NCBI RefSeq assembly: GCF_037042905.1
Contig: NW_026974140.1
Coordinates: 1,242,001 to 1,306,000 of the forward strand
Source: Lytechinus pictus
Taxonomy: Eukaryota
Length of the DNA stretch: 64,000 nucleotides
Direction: 5' to 3'
Shown here: piece by piece, positions 50,651-63,692 of the stretch
Layout of the letters: each line of letters opens with the position of its first letter
How positions within the stretch are numbered: position 1 is the stretch's first letter
Notes under the pieces: generated by a model
What the model saw: the letters and a program-made list of their open reading frames with translations, nothing else
Told to the model about the DNA's origin: nothing
The model's database searches: none
Position numbers and translations under genes: made by a program

Positions 50651-51377
50651 AAATGTGTATAAATCATGATCCTGTCTCCTGTATTGCAGTTTGTTCTCCT
50701 TTACAACCACAATAATTCCCATCACTTTAAAAGCTCATTTCATTAAATAACAAGAGGAGCGCCTCTGGCAGTCTCACTTGCATTACGTAATCCAATATAG
50801 CAGCAGTGCTGACTTTGAAAAAAAATAAAAAGAGATAAAATGTCATATCAGAATACCAATTTCATTTTAAGAGATAAAATAAAATATTTTAAAGATAAAA
50901 TGACCTCAGAATTCATCAATACTAACACTATATATTTAGCTTATAAAATATGCTGAGCTCCCCAAAACTTTACAGAAAAAGAATGCTACTGAGAGAACAT
51001 TTAACAGATTTTTAATTACTTAGATTTTGCGTGCATGGCACTGCCAATCTTTGCACATCATATCTGTAAACTGTCTCATTCATTGTCATTTTTTTTCTAT
51101 TTCTTGTGTACTTTATTAATAGAAATATTAAAAACAATATTGAATAATTCAAACAATAAAATACAAAACAAATAGTGAGTGACATCACCAACTCTCTCAT
51201 TTGCATATGACTGTGTTTTGTGAAAAATAAGCAAAACTCTAAAATGTCATAACCTCGTTATCTAACATCTGATCTCAAATAAATTTTCAAAGATATGCTG
51301 GTTTGATTTTTCTCTTTCCACTCAAATCAAGCTTTGATAAATTGGTTTAGTTAAACAAGATGTATGGGACCACTCAC

Positions 51378-51457
51378 CATCCTCTCTCCATTCATACTAC
51401 TGCTTGAGCTAGCTCCATCACCTAATGATGACCTTTTACTACTTTTACCCTCATGAC
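51378..51457 (-). CDS. THOC2: THOC2-like exon (GHEGKSSKRSSLGDGASSSSSMNGERM)
   Basis: CAG acceptor and GTGAG donor; 80 bp, phase 1 to 0, consistent with neighbouring exons. Confidence 0.85.
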
Positions 51458-53060
51458 CTGAAAATGATAATAAAGAGATCATATCAGTTTGTGCAGCTTG
51501 TGTATGCACAGAAGACCAAGAACAATATCCATTCAACATCAAGAAAACAGAAAGATTGTTTCACCCACATTATGACATTCCTGATAATGAGAGTTTATTA
51601 ATAAAAGATACTGCTTGACTGTGCTATTTCGACGCCTAAAAAGACGGGGGGGGGGCTGATTCTTAGGCGTAGATCGCGATGAAAATTGACAGGCGCATTA
51701 ATACCCATGGCTTGATCTACAAAACTATAAAATCAAATTCTGCGAAAAATCTCATTGCCAATTATTTATGCTAATTTATGCATAAAATCAAAAGTTTCGC
51801 CTAATTAACTAGATACATGTAATGCCCCTAAAATGCAAATTTTTGGTACACAGACACTTTATATGAATCTGATCAAATGTTCTTACAAAAATTTCAAAAT
51901 CACATTTATTTTCTTATGTATGTTATCGTTTTCTGAATTTCTTATATATTTCGTTGTTTTTCTACTTCTTGTTTTTTATTGTTTTTTCAATGGAAATTGT
52001 CGGGAACTTTATTTTGACCATAAATAAGATGGATTTAATTGATTTTAATGAGTAAAAGGAAAAATAATTAAACATTTATGAATTTTGGCTAAAAACACTA
52101 TTTGCATTGGATTTGTACACAAATACACTTTTTTGAGCAATTTTGGGTCTGCATGCACTTCCAGTCAGCATGCGACATGGTAAAAAAATCTTGCACAGGG
52201 GGAAGTGCTGATTCTGCCCCCCCCCCCTTGACATTTTTCGTGATAAATCAGCCGCGCAAAATGTTTTGTCCGCGTCGCTCACTGACTTTTTACATTCAAG
52301 TCTCGTGCAACTTATGAGACCAAAATTGCGACCCCTGGGTATGCAATTCTGAAATTACGCAACATTTCGTAAGTGCATGCAGACCCAAAATTGCTCAAAA
52401 GAGTGAATTTGTGTACAAATCCAATGCAAATAGTGTTTTTAGCCAAAATTCATAAATGTATCATTATTTTTTCCTTTTACTGATTGAAATTAATTAATTC
52501 CATCTTATTTATCGTCAAAATAAAGTTCCCAACAATTTCCATTGAAAAAATAAAAATAAAAAACAGAAAGTCGAAAAAACAAAAATGAACGTGACAAAAA
52601 TTGCAATATCAGATCAATTTCTCATGTATTATATTGTTTTTGCAATTTCTCATGTATTTCTTCGTTTTATGGAACTTTTGCTCTTTCATTGTTTTTTAGA
52701 TGAACTTTGTCGGGAACTCTTGAGATCATAAACGGCATAAAATAAATCCATTTAGACCAGCAAAACAAACATAATCATTCATTTATGATTTTTGGTTGAA
52801 AATACAGTTAGCATGGACTATGTACATGAAATCACGTTTTTGAACAGTATTGGTCTGACATACACTTACAAAATGTTGCTTAATTTCGTAACCGTTTACC
52901 CGGGTGTCGCAAATTTGGTCTCAAAAGATGCGCAAGACTTAAAAGTAAAAAGTTATTGAGTGGCGCGGTAAAAAAATTTGGAGTGGCGAATATATTGCGC
53001 AAATATTTATGTTGGCTGGGGGGGCCTCGGAGGCCCCCTCCCCAGCCTACATAGGGTTAA

Positions 53061-54507
53061 AGTTGAATTAAGAAGACGATTCCAAATATTGAGATATTTA
53101 CATTAATAGCAACCTTACAACCCCCCAAACACTAATAGGTGATTCGACCCCCCATTTTCTTTTTTCAAAATAGTGAATTTGAACGATTTATCCCTACCCA
53201 TTTTCCCCGAGTTCGCTCCTGCAATGCCTACCGAGACGGGTGTTCTTTGAGTGTGACGTCACCGGGGGGTATTCGGTCCCGGTTTAGTAAACAAGGCAGT
53301 GCCGTTTTGTGTACTACTATGGAATAACTGCAGTTGAAGTTGTATCTGCGAGCCATAAAACTTGCAAAGAGGAAATGATTAAAATATTTGTGGCCGTACT
53401 ATTATTCCAAATATGTGAATTCCCTCAGAATGATACCATAGACCCTAAAGGAATAATTTCAAGGTGAATAATATGAAATTTGATCGAGATCTTCTCACCA
53501 GTCGATAACGTAGCAGACGTGTTATTATGACATATTTATCCGCGTGTGACGCGGCTCTTGCAAAAAAACACAGTTGGTTGCGGAATTGCTTTGTGCCGAC
53601 CGGCCGCCCGCTCCGGCGCAGCTAGCTGTCGAGCTACCGTACCGTTCTTGTTGTCTTCAACCATAGAGATGTATACTAATTACTATATATCTTTCTGTCT
53701 TCAACTCACTTCCGAATTGCGTTTGTATGTGTGACGGTGACCCCTAGCGTAATTAAATATAGAAAACAACTCAGAAGGCCGAGAAAGAATACTATACGTT
53801 TGGTTCAAGATTGTTCTGTGGAATGAGCTATGAGTGGAAATGATCCAGAGGATATAAAAGTGGAGTCAAGGGAGTCAAAGACAAAAGAAAAGAAGAAAAA
53901 ACGCCAGGGGATCGCTGCACGGCCATGAACTAAGTCGACATACCAGACCAATACAGTACACTCAATGCCTGGGTATTGTGTGTACTAGTATTATGCGTTC
54001 AGCGCGCGCTGAGCTAGCCGCCGGAATTACTTTCCAGCTACTCACTTGATTGAACATCGTGATAAAATAAATGAGAAATAGTGAAAATATCATTCAATAA
54101 CTCACTGTTTGCTATCTTACATCATGATTGAAGAGTTCATGGTGGTTATTCATACTGTTTTTTATACAGGGAAAGTAAAGATTTGTACATATCAGTCCTA
54201 TTTGTTTGATTTGAGTTGCTTTGAAAAAAAATTGTAAAATATCTTTTTCTCTCTGCATAGCATTTCTGTATGACATTCAGGCACCTCTTATACTAAATTC
54301 CCCCCGGTGACGTCACACTCCGAGTGACTTTTCTGTACACTCGTCTCTCGGGCTCTGACAGGTGGCTAATTTCATAGACTTTCAAAGCAAAATATCGAGA
54401 AGGCAGAGGATTATTGTGACATGCTATGTGTTTGAACAACTTATATATACTATATATTGTATGTAGAACCTATATTTATGGAAACTCACCCCCTTCTTAA
54501 TTCAACT
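53061..54507. mobile_element. Kolobok-like non-autonomous element, copy 2 (inverted relative to 24882-26317)
   Basis: TTAA TSD (53057-60, 54508-11); TIR AGTTGAATTAAGAAG. Sits at the TTAA that ends a piggyBac-like element. Confidence 0.9.
53662..53697. other. P-element-like excision footprint, copy 2
   Basis: TCTTCAAC|CATAGAGATGTATACTA-AT-TACTATATATCTTTCTG|TCTTCAAC (17+2+17 nt). Confidence 0.75.
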
Positions 54508-54823
54508 TTAAATGAAGTCCACTTGATTCAAGCATTCTGCACACACCCTGGTTTGAATAGTCACCTTACTTGTACATTCAGGCCATTGTATGATTTTAGT
54601 TATTTTTCATATCACAAACCTCTGACCACTAGCTTGGCAATCCCATACAATAATTAACTTTTTTGTAAGTCTGACCCATAAGTCTTCATTTTTACTTCCT
54701 TCATGTTTAAACCTTGATCATTTGAGGGCATGGTGAATTAGAGAAAACAAAAAAGTCCCATATTTAGGAGTCAGATGAACACATCTTATAACATTGCCAT
54801 GCTTTACGTTACAAACCTCATAC

Positions 54824-54977
54824 CTGAATCACTGGCTTTATGTCTCTTAGATTCATGATTGACATCACCGGCTGAATGATCCCTCTTCTTCTCACTCTTC
54901 TTATCTTTCTCTCTACTTCTTTCTCTCTCTGGCTCAGGGGCTTCAAGAACTTCTCTTTCCCTGTGACGCTCCTTGCT
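54824..54977 (-). CDS. THOC2: THOC2-like exon (SKERHRERE...RERSREKDKKSEKKRDHSAGD...)
   Basis: CAG/GTATG boundaries; 154 bp, phase 0 to 1. RERSRE...KRDHS resembles the recalled human THOC2 tail. Confidence 0.88.
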
Positions 54978-55477
54978 CTGGAATATGGAACAGAAGTGGG
55001 GAGAGTAGAGAGTAAAAATTGAGATGCTGGTTAAATCAAACTCACCTAAACTTAAGAATAATACGTCGTGTCGGTGCAACAACGCCCTTAGCAAAACATT
55101 TCTGCACCCGATCAGTACTACAGAAACACCCTTACGCAGTGCACTTATTCGTGCTGCTAAGGGTGTTTTTGCATGCATGAGATGCGCTCAAGTGTGGTGT
55201 TAAGGGCATTCTTGCTCGGACACAATAGCACATCACACATAGCAGATTGTATGTCCCCAAGAGCTCAAGGTATAGGAAAGGTATAAAGTAAGAAATAGGA
55301 TTTTACAAACAAGAAGTAATATGTACATCCAGTTCATAATTGTAAAAGCATTCATGTGGAAAATCTAATTTAAAAAAGCTTTAGACGGAACTGGACAGGG
55401 ACCCAATATAGTTTTTGTGGAACATGAATGATTGATTCATTCTTCTGGAGTTTGCATTTACTGTGATATCTGCTTAA

Positions 55478-56073
55478 AGGACAAGTCCATCTCAGTAAAA
55501 TGTTGATTTAAATCAATAGAGAAAAATCAGATAAGCATGATACTGAAAATTTCATCAAAATCAGATGTAAAATAAGAAAGTTATAACATTTTAAAGTTTC
55601 GCTTATTTTTCACAAAATAGTTATATGCACAATTTAGTCACATGCAGAAGAGAGAGTCGATGTCCTTCACTCACTATATCTTTCATTTTTTATTGTTTGA
55701 ATTATACAATCTTTCAATTTTTACAGATTTGACGGTAAGGACCAACTTGACTGAACCATAAAATCTCAAACAATAGTAATTCCACATGTTCAGGGAGAAA
55801 TACAACTTTGTTTCACTGGACAATGAGGAGAAAATTAGAATATTTCATATTTCACATAATAAAATACAACAGAAATAGTGAGTGATGTCATCAGTTCCCT
55901 CATTTGCATACCGACCGGGATGTGCATATAACTATTTGGTGAAATTACGCAAAATTTTAAAATGTCATAACTTTCTTATTTTACATCAGATTTTAATGAA
56001 ATTTTCAGTGTTATGCTTGTGGGATATTTCTCCTTTTATTCAAATCAACTTTTTGTTGAGGTGGACTTGTCCT
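55478..56073. mobile_element. Kolobok-like MITE with long imperfect TIRs
   Basis: TTAA|AGGACAAGTCCA...TGGACTTGTCCT|TTAA. Confidence 0.85.
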
Positions 56074-56075
56074 TT

Positions 56076-57024
56076 AACAAGTGGAATGCCTCTGGCCGTC
56101 TCACCTGCATTACGCGATTCAATATAGCAGCAGTGCTGATTTTGAAAACTACTATAACTCGCACAAGATGTTCAGTGATACTTGGTTACTCTTATTTCCA
56201 CGTTTTATGAACTAGACCAATACACTTATAGAGATATGATGGCAATTCAACAAATACCTCCAACGTGGCCAAAGTTCTTTGACCTTACATGACCTTTGAC
56301 CTTGATCATGTGACCTGAAACTCGCACAGGATGTTCAGTGATACTTGATTACTATTATGTCCAAGTTTTATGAACTAGACCAACACACTTTCAAATTTAT
56401 GGCTGTAATTCAACAAATACCCCAATTTGGCCAAAGTTCATTGACCCTAAATGACCTTTGACCTTGATCATGTGACCTGAAACTTGCACAGGATGTTCAG
56501 TAATACTTGATTACTATTATGTCCAAGTTTCATGAATCAGATCCATAAACTTTCAAAGTTATGATGGTAATTCAACAGATACCCCCAATTCGGCCAAAGT
56601 TCATTGACCCTAAATGACCTTTGACCTTGGTCATGTGATGTGAAACTCATGCAGGATGTTCAGTGATACTTGATTAACCTTATGTATAAGTTTCATGAAC
56701 TAGGTCCATATATTTTCTAAGTTATGATGACATTTCAAAAACTTAACCTTAGGTTAAGATTTTGATGTTGATTCCCCCAACATGGTCTAAGTTCATTGAC
56801 CCTAAATGACCTTTGACCTTGGTCATGTGACATGAAACTCAGGCAGGATGTTCAGTAATACTTGATTAACCTTATGGCCAAGTTTCATGAACTAGGTCCA
56901 TATACTTTCTAAGTTATGCTGTCATTTCAAAAACTTAACCTCAGGTTAAGATTTGGTGTTGACGCCGCCGCCGCCGTCGGAAAAGCGGCGCCTATAGTCT
57001 CACTCTGCTATGCAGGTGAGACAA
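56076..57024. mobile_element. Helentron-associated (HINE/Tsp-like) element with tandem ~162-bp core repeats
   Basis: Starts AACAAG; subterminal IR GTCTCACCTGCAT / ATGCAGGTGAGAC; 3' hairpin; GCC microsatellite; AATTCAACA(A/G)ATACC recurs near 56244, 56407 and 56569. Confidence 0.75.
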
Positions 57025-57351
57025 CAAGAATACAGTCAAGAGTAAGCAGTAAAGGGGAAATTCATCCTGACAATAAGTTTATTGTAAAAATAGCAGAAAA
57101 AATCATACAAACTATTGGTGAAGATTTGAGAAAAATCCATCAAAGCATTAAAAAAATATTAAAATTTTAATTACTTGATTTGTGAAGTCACATGTGAGCA
57201 GCATTTCTACATAGCGAATGGTAAACAGTCAATGAAATGTCATTTTTTCAAAATTTTAAATCGTTTTAATGTACCTTTTGTATATCAATAGACAAATCAT
57301 CTCACACCCGATCATGAAAAGAAAACAAAAGTAAGTCATCAGGAAACATTA

Positions 57352-58018
57352 AACAATTGGAGCGCCTCTGGCAGTCACACCTGCATCACGCGATTCAATA
57401 TAGCAGCAGTGCTGACTTTGAAAACTACTATAACATCATTATTCACAAAAAACACAATTCATATTTAATGATACAATACTACGTTCATTGACAATAAATG
57501 ACATTTGATCTTGATCATGTGACCTAAGACTTGTCAGTGATACTTGATTACCCCTATATCAATATTTCATAAACTATATCTATAAACTTTGAAAGTTACG
57601 ATGGTAATTCAACAAATACCCCCTACATGGCCAAAGTTCAGTGACCGTTGACCTTGTCATGTGACCTGAAACTCACACAGGATGTTCAGTGATACTTGAT
57701 TACTCTTATGTCCAAGTTTCATGAAATAGACCAATACACTCTCAGAGTTGTAATGGTAATTCAACAAATACCCCCAACATGGCAAAATTTCATTGACCTT
57801 AAATGACCTTTGACCTTGGTCATGTGACCTGAAACTCAGGCAGGATGTTCAGTAATACTTGTTTACCCTTATGGCCAAGTTTCATGAACTAGGTCCATAT
57901 AATTTCTAAGTTATGCTGTCATTTCAAAAACTTAACCTTCGGTTAAGATTTGATGTTGACGCCGCTGCCGTCGCAAAAGCGGCGCCTATAGTCTCACTCT
58001 GCTATGCAGGTGAGACAA
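57352..58018. mobile_element. HINE/Tsp-like copy with fewer core repeats, inside a Kolobok-like MITE (~57053-58234)
   Basis: Same ends as 56076-57024; host ends GGGGAAATTCATCCTGA / TCAGGGTGAACTTCCCC|TTAA. Confidence 0.7.
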
Positions 58019-58306
58019 AAAATGAAATTCATGCATTTTATATAACATGAAATATGGGGCAGCTGCTTGTTTATGATGTCACAAATCCAAAACTTGATAT
58101 TCTCATAACTCTCTCAATCTTTAGCAGATTTTACTCAAACCTTCACCGATATCTTTTATCATTTTTTCTTCTATTTTTACAACAAACTTTTCTTCTATTT
58201 TTACAACAAACTTTTCTTCAGGGTGAACTTCCCCTTAATGCGTTGTGTGAAGAAATACATTTGGCCTATCATGAAATTCCACTCTTAGAAGAGCGTTGTA
58301 TCTCAC

Positions 58307-58372
58307 CTTACTTCTCCTGTGTTTGCTAGAAGATGTCTCCCTTGCTAGGTCAGGAGAGCTAGAGCTAGACAC
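58307..58372 (-). CDS. THOC2: THOC2-like exon (VSSSSSPDLARETSSSKHRRSK)
   Basis: CAG/GTGAG boundaries; 66 bp, phase 0 to 0. Confidence 0.82.
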
Positions 58373-58782
58373 CTGGAAAAAGCAAACAAAGATAACAAAG
58401 ATTTTAAGATATGGGGTGATATTCCGATAAAATAAAATACTCTATCTGTGAAATACCCTTAGATTTTTTTCAAATAGGTATTCTGAGAACCATTTCATCT
58501 TCAAATTATCTCTGTAAGACACATCTATTTTTTGAGCAAATAACCCATGAAAAAAGGCTGGTTTAGAGCACTCTCATGTCATTCAACCAATGAAAATATT
58601 TTCAAACAAGTGTGGCAAAGGAGTGAGATTGTGTCAATTTATTAAATTTAAATGCACTTGCACTCCACACTAAATGCGTCTTTATAGGGATTTATTTAAA
58701 GGACAAGTCCATCCCAACAAAACTGAGGCGGGCTTGACCTTTAAAAATAATGGCAACACTATCTTCTTTTTCGATAATAATA

Positions 58783-60339
58783 CATACCTGCCAACCTTTG
58801 ATAATAAAAAATCAGTATCAAAGCTACGACGGCACCGAGCGGGTGTCCGGCCCGCTCCAACGGTAAGGACTCTTTGCATTTACACCATGTAAAAGTAGCA
58901 TTTCCCTACACCTTTTAAAGCAAATTTACCCTCATTACCTCACCAGAGGATGACCTACATGTAGTCGACCTTAATTTATCAATTAAAAATTTAGAAAAGG
59001 TATTTAAAATATCACTTTTGTGACAAAAACCCACCTAATTTCATTCAGGTGTGATTTGTTTTCATCTAAATCTGTAAGGAATAATTTTTCTTGTTCACCA
59101 GATCTCTCAAAAACTTTAATTTTAAGCATATTTTTGTGAGGCCCTCTATTGGTGCAGATTCTCTTTTCAATTAGAAAAAAAATTATTTCAAGAATTCAAT
59201 TGAATTTTGGGCCAGGGCATATTTTTTATGATAAATTTAGATTTAAGTTAGCCCTATTTTATTAAAAATTGATGTGCCAAAAAATCAAACATCTATTTAT
59301 CCAACCTACATCATCAATGCAATCATGCATCAAGTCAAGAGGAAATAGCCAAACATTGACAATCTTATTTCACCACACAGGGGTTACTAACCGAGGACAA
59401 GGTTCTATCATAAACTACAATGGATAAGTGTTTGTTGGTATAAGAAAGCAGATTTTCAACCATGATAAAAACGGAGCTGAAACTAACGGCTGCATGCGCC
59501 CGACCCGCACCCACCACAGCACTTGCGGTGCGCCGGCGAGACGGGAAGGCTGAGGCGCAGCAACTCGGCGGGCGCCGGGAGTTTAGGCAAGCGAAGCAAG
59601 TAGATTTGGTGTTTGACTTCGAAGGCTAAATTGAGATCAAAAGTTGAAAATCTCCTTTCTTCCTCGAAAATTTGACAATTATTTGAGAAAATAAAGTACA
59701 GATCAATGTTAAAATTGCATTGGGATAGATCTAAAAGTTAGAGTAACTGCGTCGGTGTGCGGCCATTCTCTTACTCACTCCCACACTACAAAATCATCCG
59801 GCGACATGGGCAATACTTCAAATAAAGTGATTTCTTCTTACCTAAATCACCATATTTCGCATAAAAAATATCACCAACGGTGATTCTTAACATCGTAGTT
59901 AGGAAACAAGGGGTCTAAAAAGGTGAAATTTTCACGGTTTTTCCGATGTTCGTGGATTGTGAAAACATGTCCTCACTAAAAACTAGCACTTTCGCGAGCC
60001 GATATCAGCCGCCATTTTTTTCCGCAAGTCAAACATCGAAGAATAGCGTGTACGCTCGTTATTTTCACATGCATTTGCAATGGAACTGCGCATTTAGCAG
60101 TGTTTGCGCGCCATTTACTGTGTATTTGCGTAGCCGTGCGCTCCAGTCGTTTATGCGTTAGTCGCATCTTACAGCCGTGCATGCGTTAGTCCCATCATAC
60201 AGCTGTTTCAATCATTTCAACACTAAATTGATTACCGGGTAACCCAAAAATCGGAATTTTGGTTTTAAAATTCGGAATTCGGAATGGAGGTAAAAAAATC
60301 AGTATAATTCCGCCAAAATCGGAATGGTTGGCAGGTATG
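58783..60339. mobile_element. Non-autonomous DNA transposon (hAT- or P-like)
   Basis: Perfect TIR CATACCTGCCAACC...GGTTGGCAGGTATG; TSD degenerate. Confidence 0.7.
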
Positions 60340-61158
60340 TTAATAGTTATTTAATTACAAGCAACATTTTACAGACAGTGTTCGTCAAGAAAACTCTTAT
60401 GAAATAATTCCTAATTCTGCAGAAATAATGTAAAGGTAGTACTGTCAATGATTATTTATGATTTATTTGTTTTCTTAAAAAAATTATTCTTAAAGATAAA
60501 AAACAGCCTTGGTAACTAGGTAAGAAAGAACAGTATGGCCCTGCATCCTATTAATCCATTTATTATACCATCCTATCATACATGTCTTTGAATACTTTCA
60601 AAGGATGTCAAATAAATGAATTGAAGCCACATCTGATCAAAAGCTTCATGTGCTTGAAAAAGATATTAAATAATTGTGAAAGTCTGGAACTACCAGATGG
60701 TTCTTTTTCCCTCATAAAATGCAGTGTTATATTAAGATACAGTACCACATAACTTTGATCTTTTTCTAAACATTATTGTATGCAAATGACATATCGATAT
60801 CGATCACATATCGATGGCAAAAAATTATTGCAAATTTTTTTTTACAGCATAACTATGCTAAAATCAATTAATTTCTGCTGCTAAGAATTAAAAAAATAAT
60901 CATATCTTTATGAATAAGATAAGAAAAATCAATTTGCATTGACCTCATACACATTTTGGAACAGTGAAAAACATCAGACAAGATGCCCCCAAAATGCCCT
61001 AAAGAGCCCATGAAATTCCCATAGGGTACAATGTAATCTAATACAATGTAGAAAAAATAGGGTTGTGAGCTAAAAAGGTAACCCCAGAAAAAAAAAATGT
61101 TTTCTCCTGCACAATAGGCTTATAATAATGACCTAAGAATACAAGCTAATATACTCAC

Positions 61159-61199
61159 AAGTATAGCTGATGCATCTACTTTTCTCCTCTTGTGCTCCA
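61159..61199 (-). CDS. THOC2: THOC2-like micro-exon (VEHKRRKVDASAIL)
   Basis: TAG/GTGAG boundaries; 41 bp, phase 1 to 0, and required to keep frame. KRRKVD resembles KRRKID recalled from human THOC2. Confidence 0.85.
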
Positions 61200-61562
61200 C
61201 TAAAAATCAAAATAGAAATAAACAGTATTAAGCCTTGGTACAGATTCAACATTGTAATTTGAATGGGACTAAATCATTCCATCTTTAAAAAATGTGTGAT
61301 GACTATAAAACGAATTTTCAGTGAATAAAAAGTATGGCAAAATGTATTTTGACTGTCAATTCACTTTTTTATTCAATAATTTGTTCATCTATTTATTTAT
61401 TTCACTTCATGTCATTTTAATTCATTTAATATTATCATTATTATTTCATTACTTGTTATTTTTACTTATTTCATTTATCAATTATTATCGTTATAATGAG
61501 CAAAATTATATTGGAAAAAGAAATCACCAAAAGGATCTTGCCCTATATTCTATTGTACTGAC

Positions 61563-61838
61563 CTCTGTCTGAAGAGCTGGTTGCTGGTGATTCCTTTTTA
61601 GACGCTGAGCCTACTGACCCCTGGCTGGAGTTAGATGCAACACTTTCTTCCCTCTGTGACCTCTCCTTAGATGACCTTTGACCCCCGTCACCACGCTCTT
61701 CCTTCTCCTTGGATTTATCTCGGTGGGTGGCTTTCTTCTCCATCTTCCTTACCCTCTCTCCTTCCTCTGGCCAGCTATCAAGCTCTGTTGACGGTGCCCC
61801 ACCCCAGTTATCACTGCTGTAACTCTTACTGCTAGATG
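61563..61838 (-). CDS. THOC2: THOC2-like exon (ASSSKSYSSDNWGG...SPATSSSDR)
   Basis: CAG/GTCAG boundaries; 276 bp, phase 1 to 1; open K/E/R/S-rich frame. Confidence 0.82.
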
Positions 61839-62695
61839 CTGTGGAGTTCAACAAGTTATAAATTGAGCACTCACGGCAGTTAATTTTCACTTAGCCCTCA
61901 AAAGGCTAACATAATTTGATGCCTGAAATATGGACGGGGGGGTATCTCAGACAGCATAATTGAAGTACAAATTAGCATGTGCTTTAACTGTTGCCTGTGA
62001 CCTTTTAAGACTGGCCACCTTTGGGTAATTTTGGGGCTGTTGCGTAGGTATATAACATTGGAATCAGGCATCACAAAGTTGGTCTAAATGATGATCAAGA
62101 TCAATAAAAAAGGAAATCACAAACATATTTCAGATTTTTCACAAAAAAATGTTTAGGGGAGTGGGAGAGTCACCCGCATCAAAATGTGATGGTCAATTTC
62201 CCTAGTTCAGGTAAATATGCAATTGAAACTTGTAGATGAATATCGGGCCCCATCATACAAAGAGTTATGATTGATCCACTCAATCATAACTTTATGGAAA
62301 TCCATCAGTGTCATAATTTTTTCTGCAGGAAATTGCAACATGTCCTTTGTAAACAAAGGAGAATACACCATATTGTCAAAAAATCAATTAATTTATGGAT
62401 ATACATTCATATCTCATATTTTTTTTAACAAACATGCATTTTTTTATGTTGACTTTGCTGGTTTTCCATAGTTGCGATTGATCAGATCAATCGCAACTCT
62501 TTGTAAGACAGATCCCAGATCTCCTCACACAATAATGAGATCTGTTTTTATTATTTCTGTGTTCGAATTGGGTATTCTAAGGTTATATTCAATCTGTTCC
62601 AAGTCAATATCATCACACAACCAAAGACTCCATTTCAGATGTTTATCAGTCTTCTGGAACATGCACCTGTCCAATTTTGAAGGATAAATACTCAC

Positions 62696-62901
62696 CTTTT
62701 CCATCTTCTCGGTGTGACTTCTCACTGCTGCCAGACCTTTTGCCTTCTGATGACCTTTGAACTTTAACTTCCTTGACAACCTTCTCGTCCTTGAGGACTC
62801 TGTGTTCTTTAGAAGCTTTATCTTCCTTGCTTGATCTACTCACACTGCTCTCTTTGTGCTCGTCTTTTTCTCTCTTGGATTTAGTCCCATCGCTGGATGA
62901 T
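62696..62901 (-). CDS. THOC2: THOC2-like exon (SSSDGTKSKREKDEHK...HREDGK); gene continues beyond the window end
   Basis: TAG/GTGAG boundaries; 206 bp, phase 2 to 1. Confidence 0.82.
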
Positions 62902-63692
62902 CTAAACAAACAAAACAAAACAAGATGACCATGGGTGATTTTAAGGATTAAAATAACCACTTGCTCTGTATGTATTGTGTGCCAAATCATGCGAACCTGT
63001 GTACCGGCAACTGCCAAGAAACAAGGAATATGAGCAAGCATCTCTTTATCAAATGACTGGCCCTTTTCAAAGCAATGATAATAATTTTAATAACTATGTT
63101 CCCACATGTGCTTATCCACATTGATTAGCTTCAGGTGTGGGTATTCAGCATAAATTCCATTGTTTCATGAAGTTAAAGTGTGCATAAACTCGTAAACTTT
63201 AGTTTGAGCATGGGGAGGTAGAACTAACAGTGGTATGGGGAGGGGTGCACATCTTGGGGAGGTGGAACTAAGGTTTGGAAAATCAGCTGTTGAAAGTAGA
63301 AGGGGTACACATTTCGTTTTGCTTGCAAGTGTTTGAACTCCTCTGCCACAGCTGAAGGTTTCACATTCACCCAGTGTACCCCCAGCCTATGCCCTTGAGG
63401 GATGCTTATTTTAAGAGTGTTTATCATGTTTATGTTCCTAATGGCCACCGCCTTTATGGCCCCTCCCTCAAAACCTAGAAATATTAATGAAAGTGATTAA
63501 TACCCCCACACTCTGGCGTGAACATTTTAATGCAGTTTAGAATTTAATATGAATCTTTACCCCAAGATGAATATTTCTTCCAACTTTTATGAGCACTGAC
63601 TAAAAACAGGGGAAGTAGTTTGATCCACAATGAGTTTTCCTGCATTTCTGGCTATCATATGTGGTTACCATGGCAATATACTCTCTGACAAA

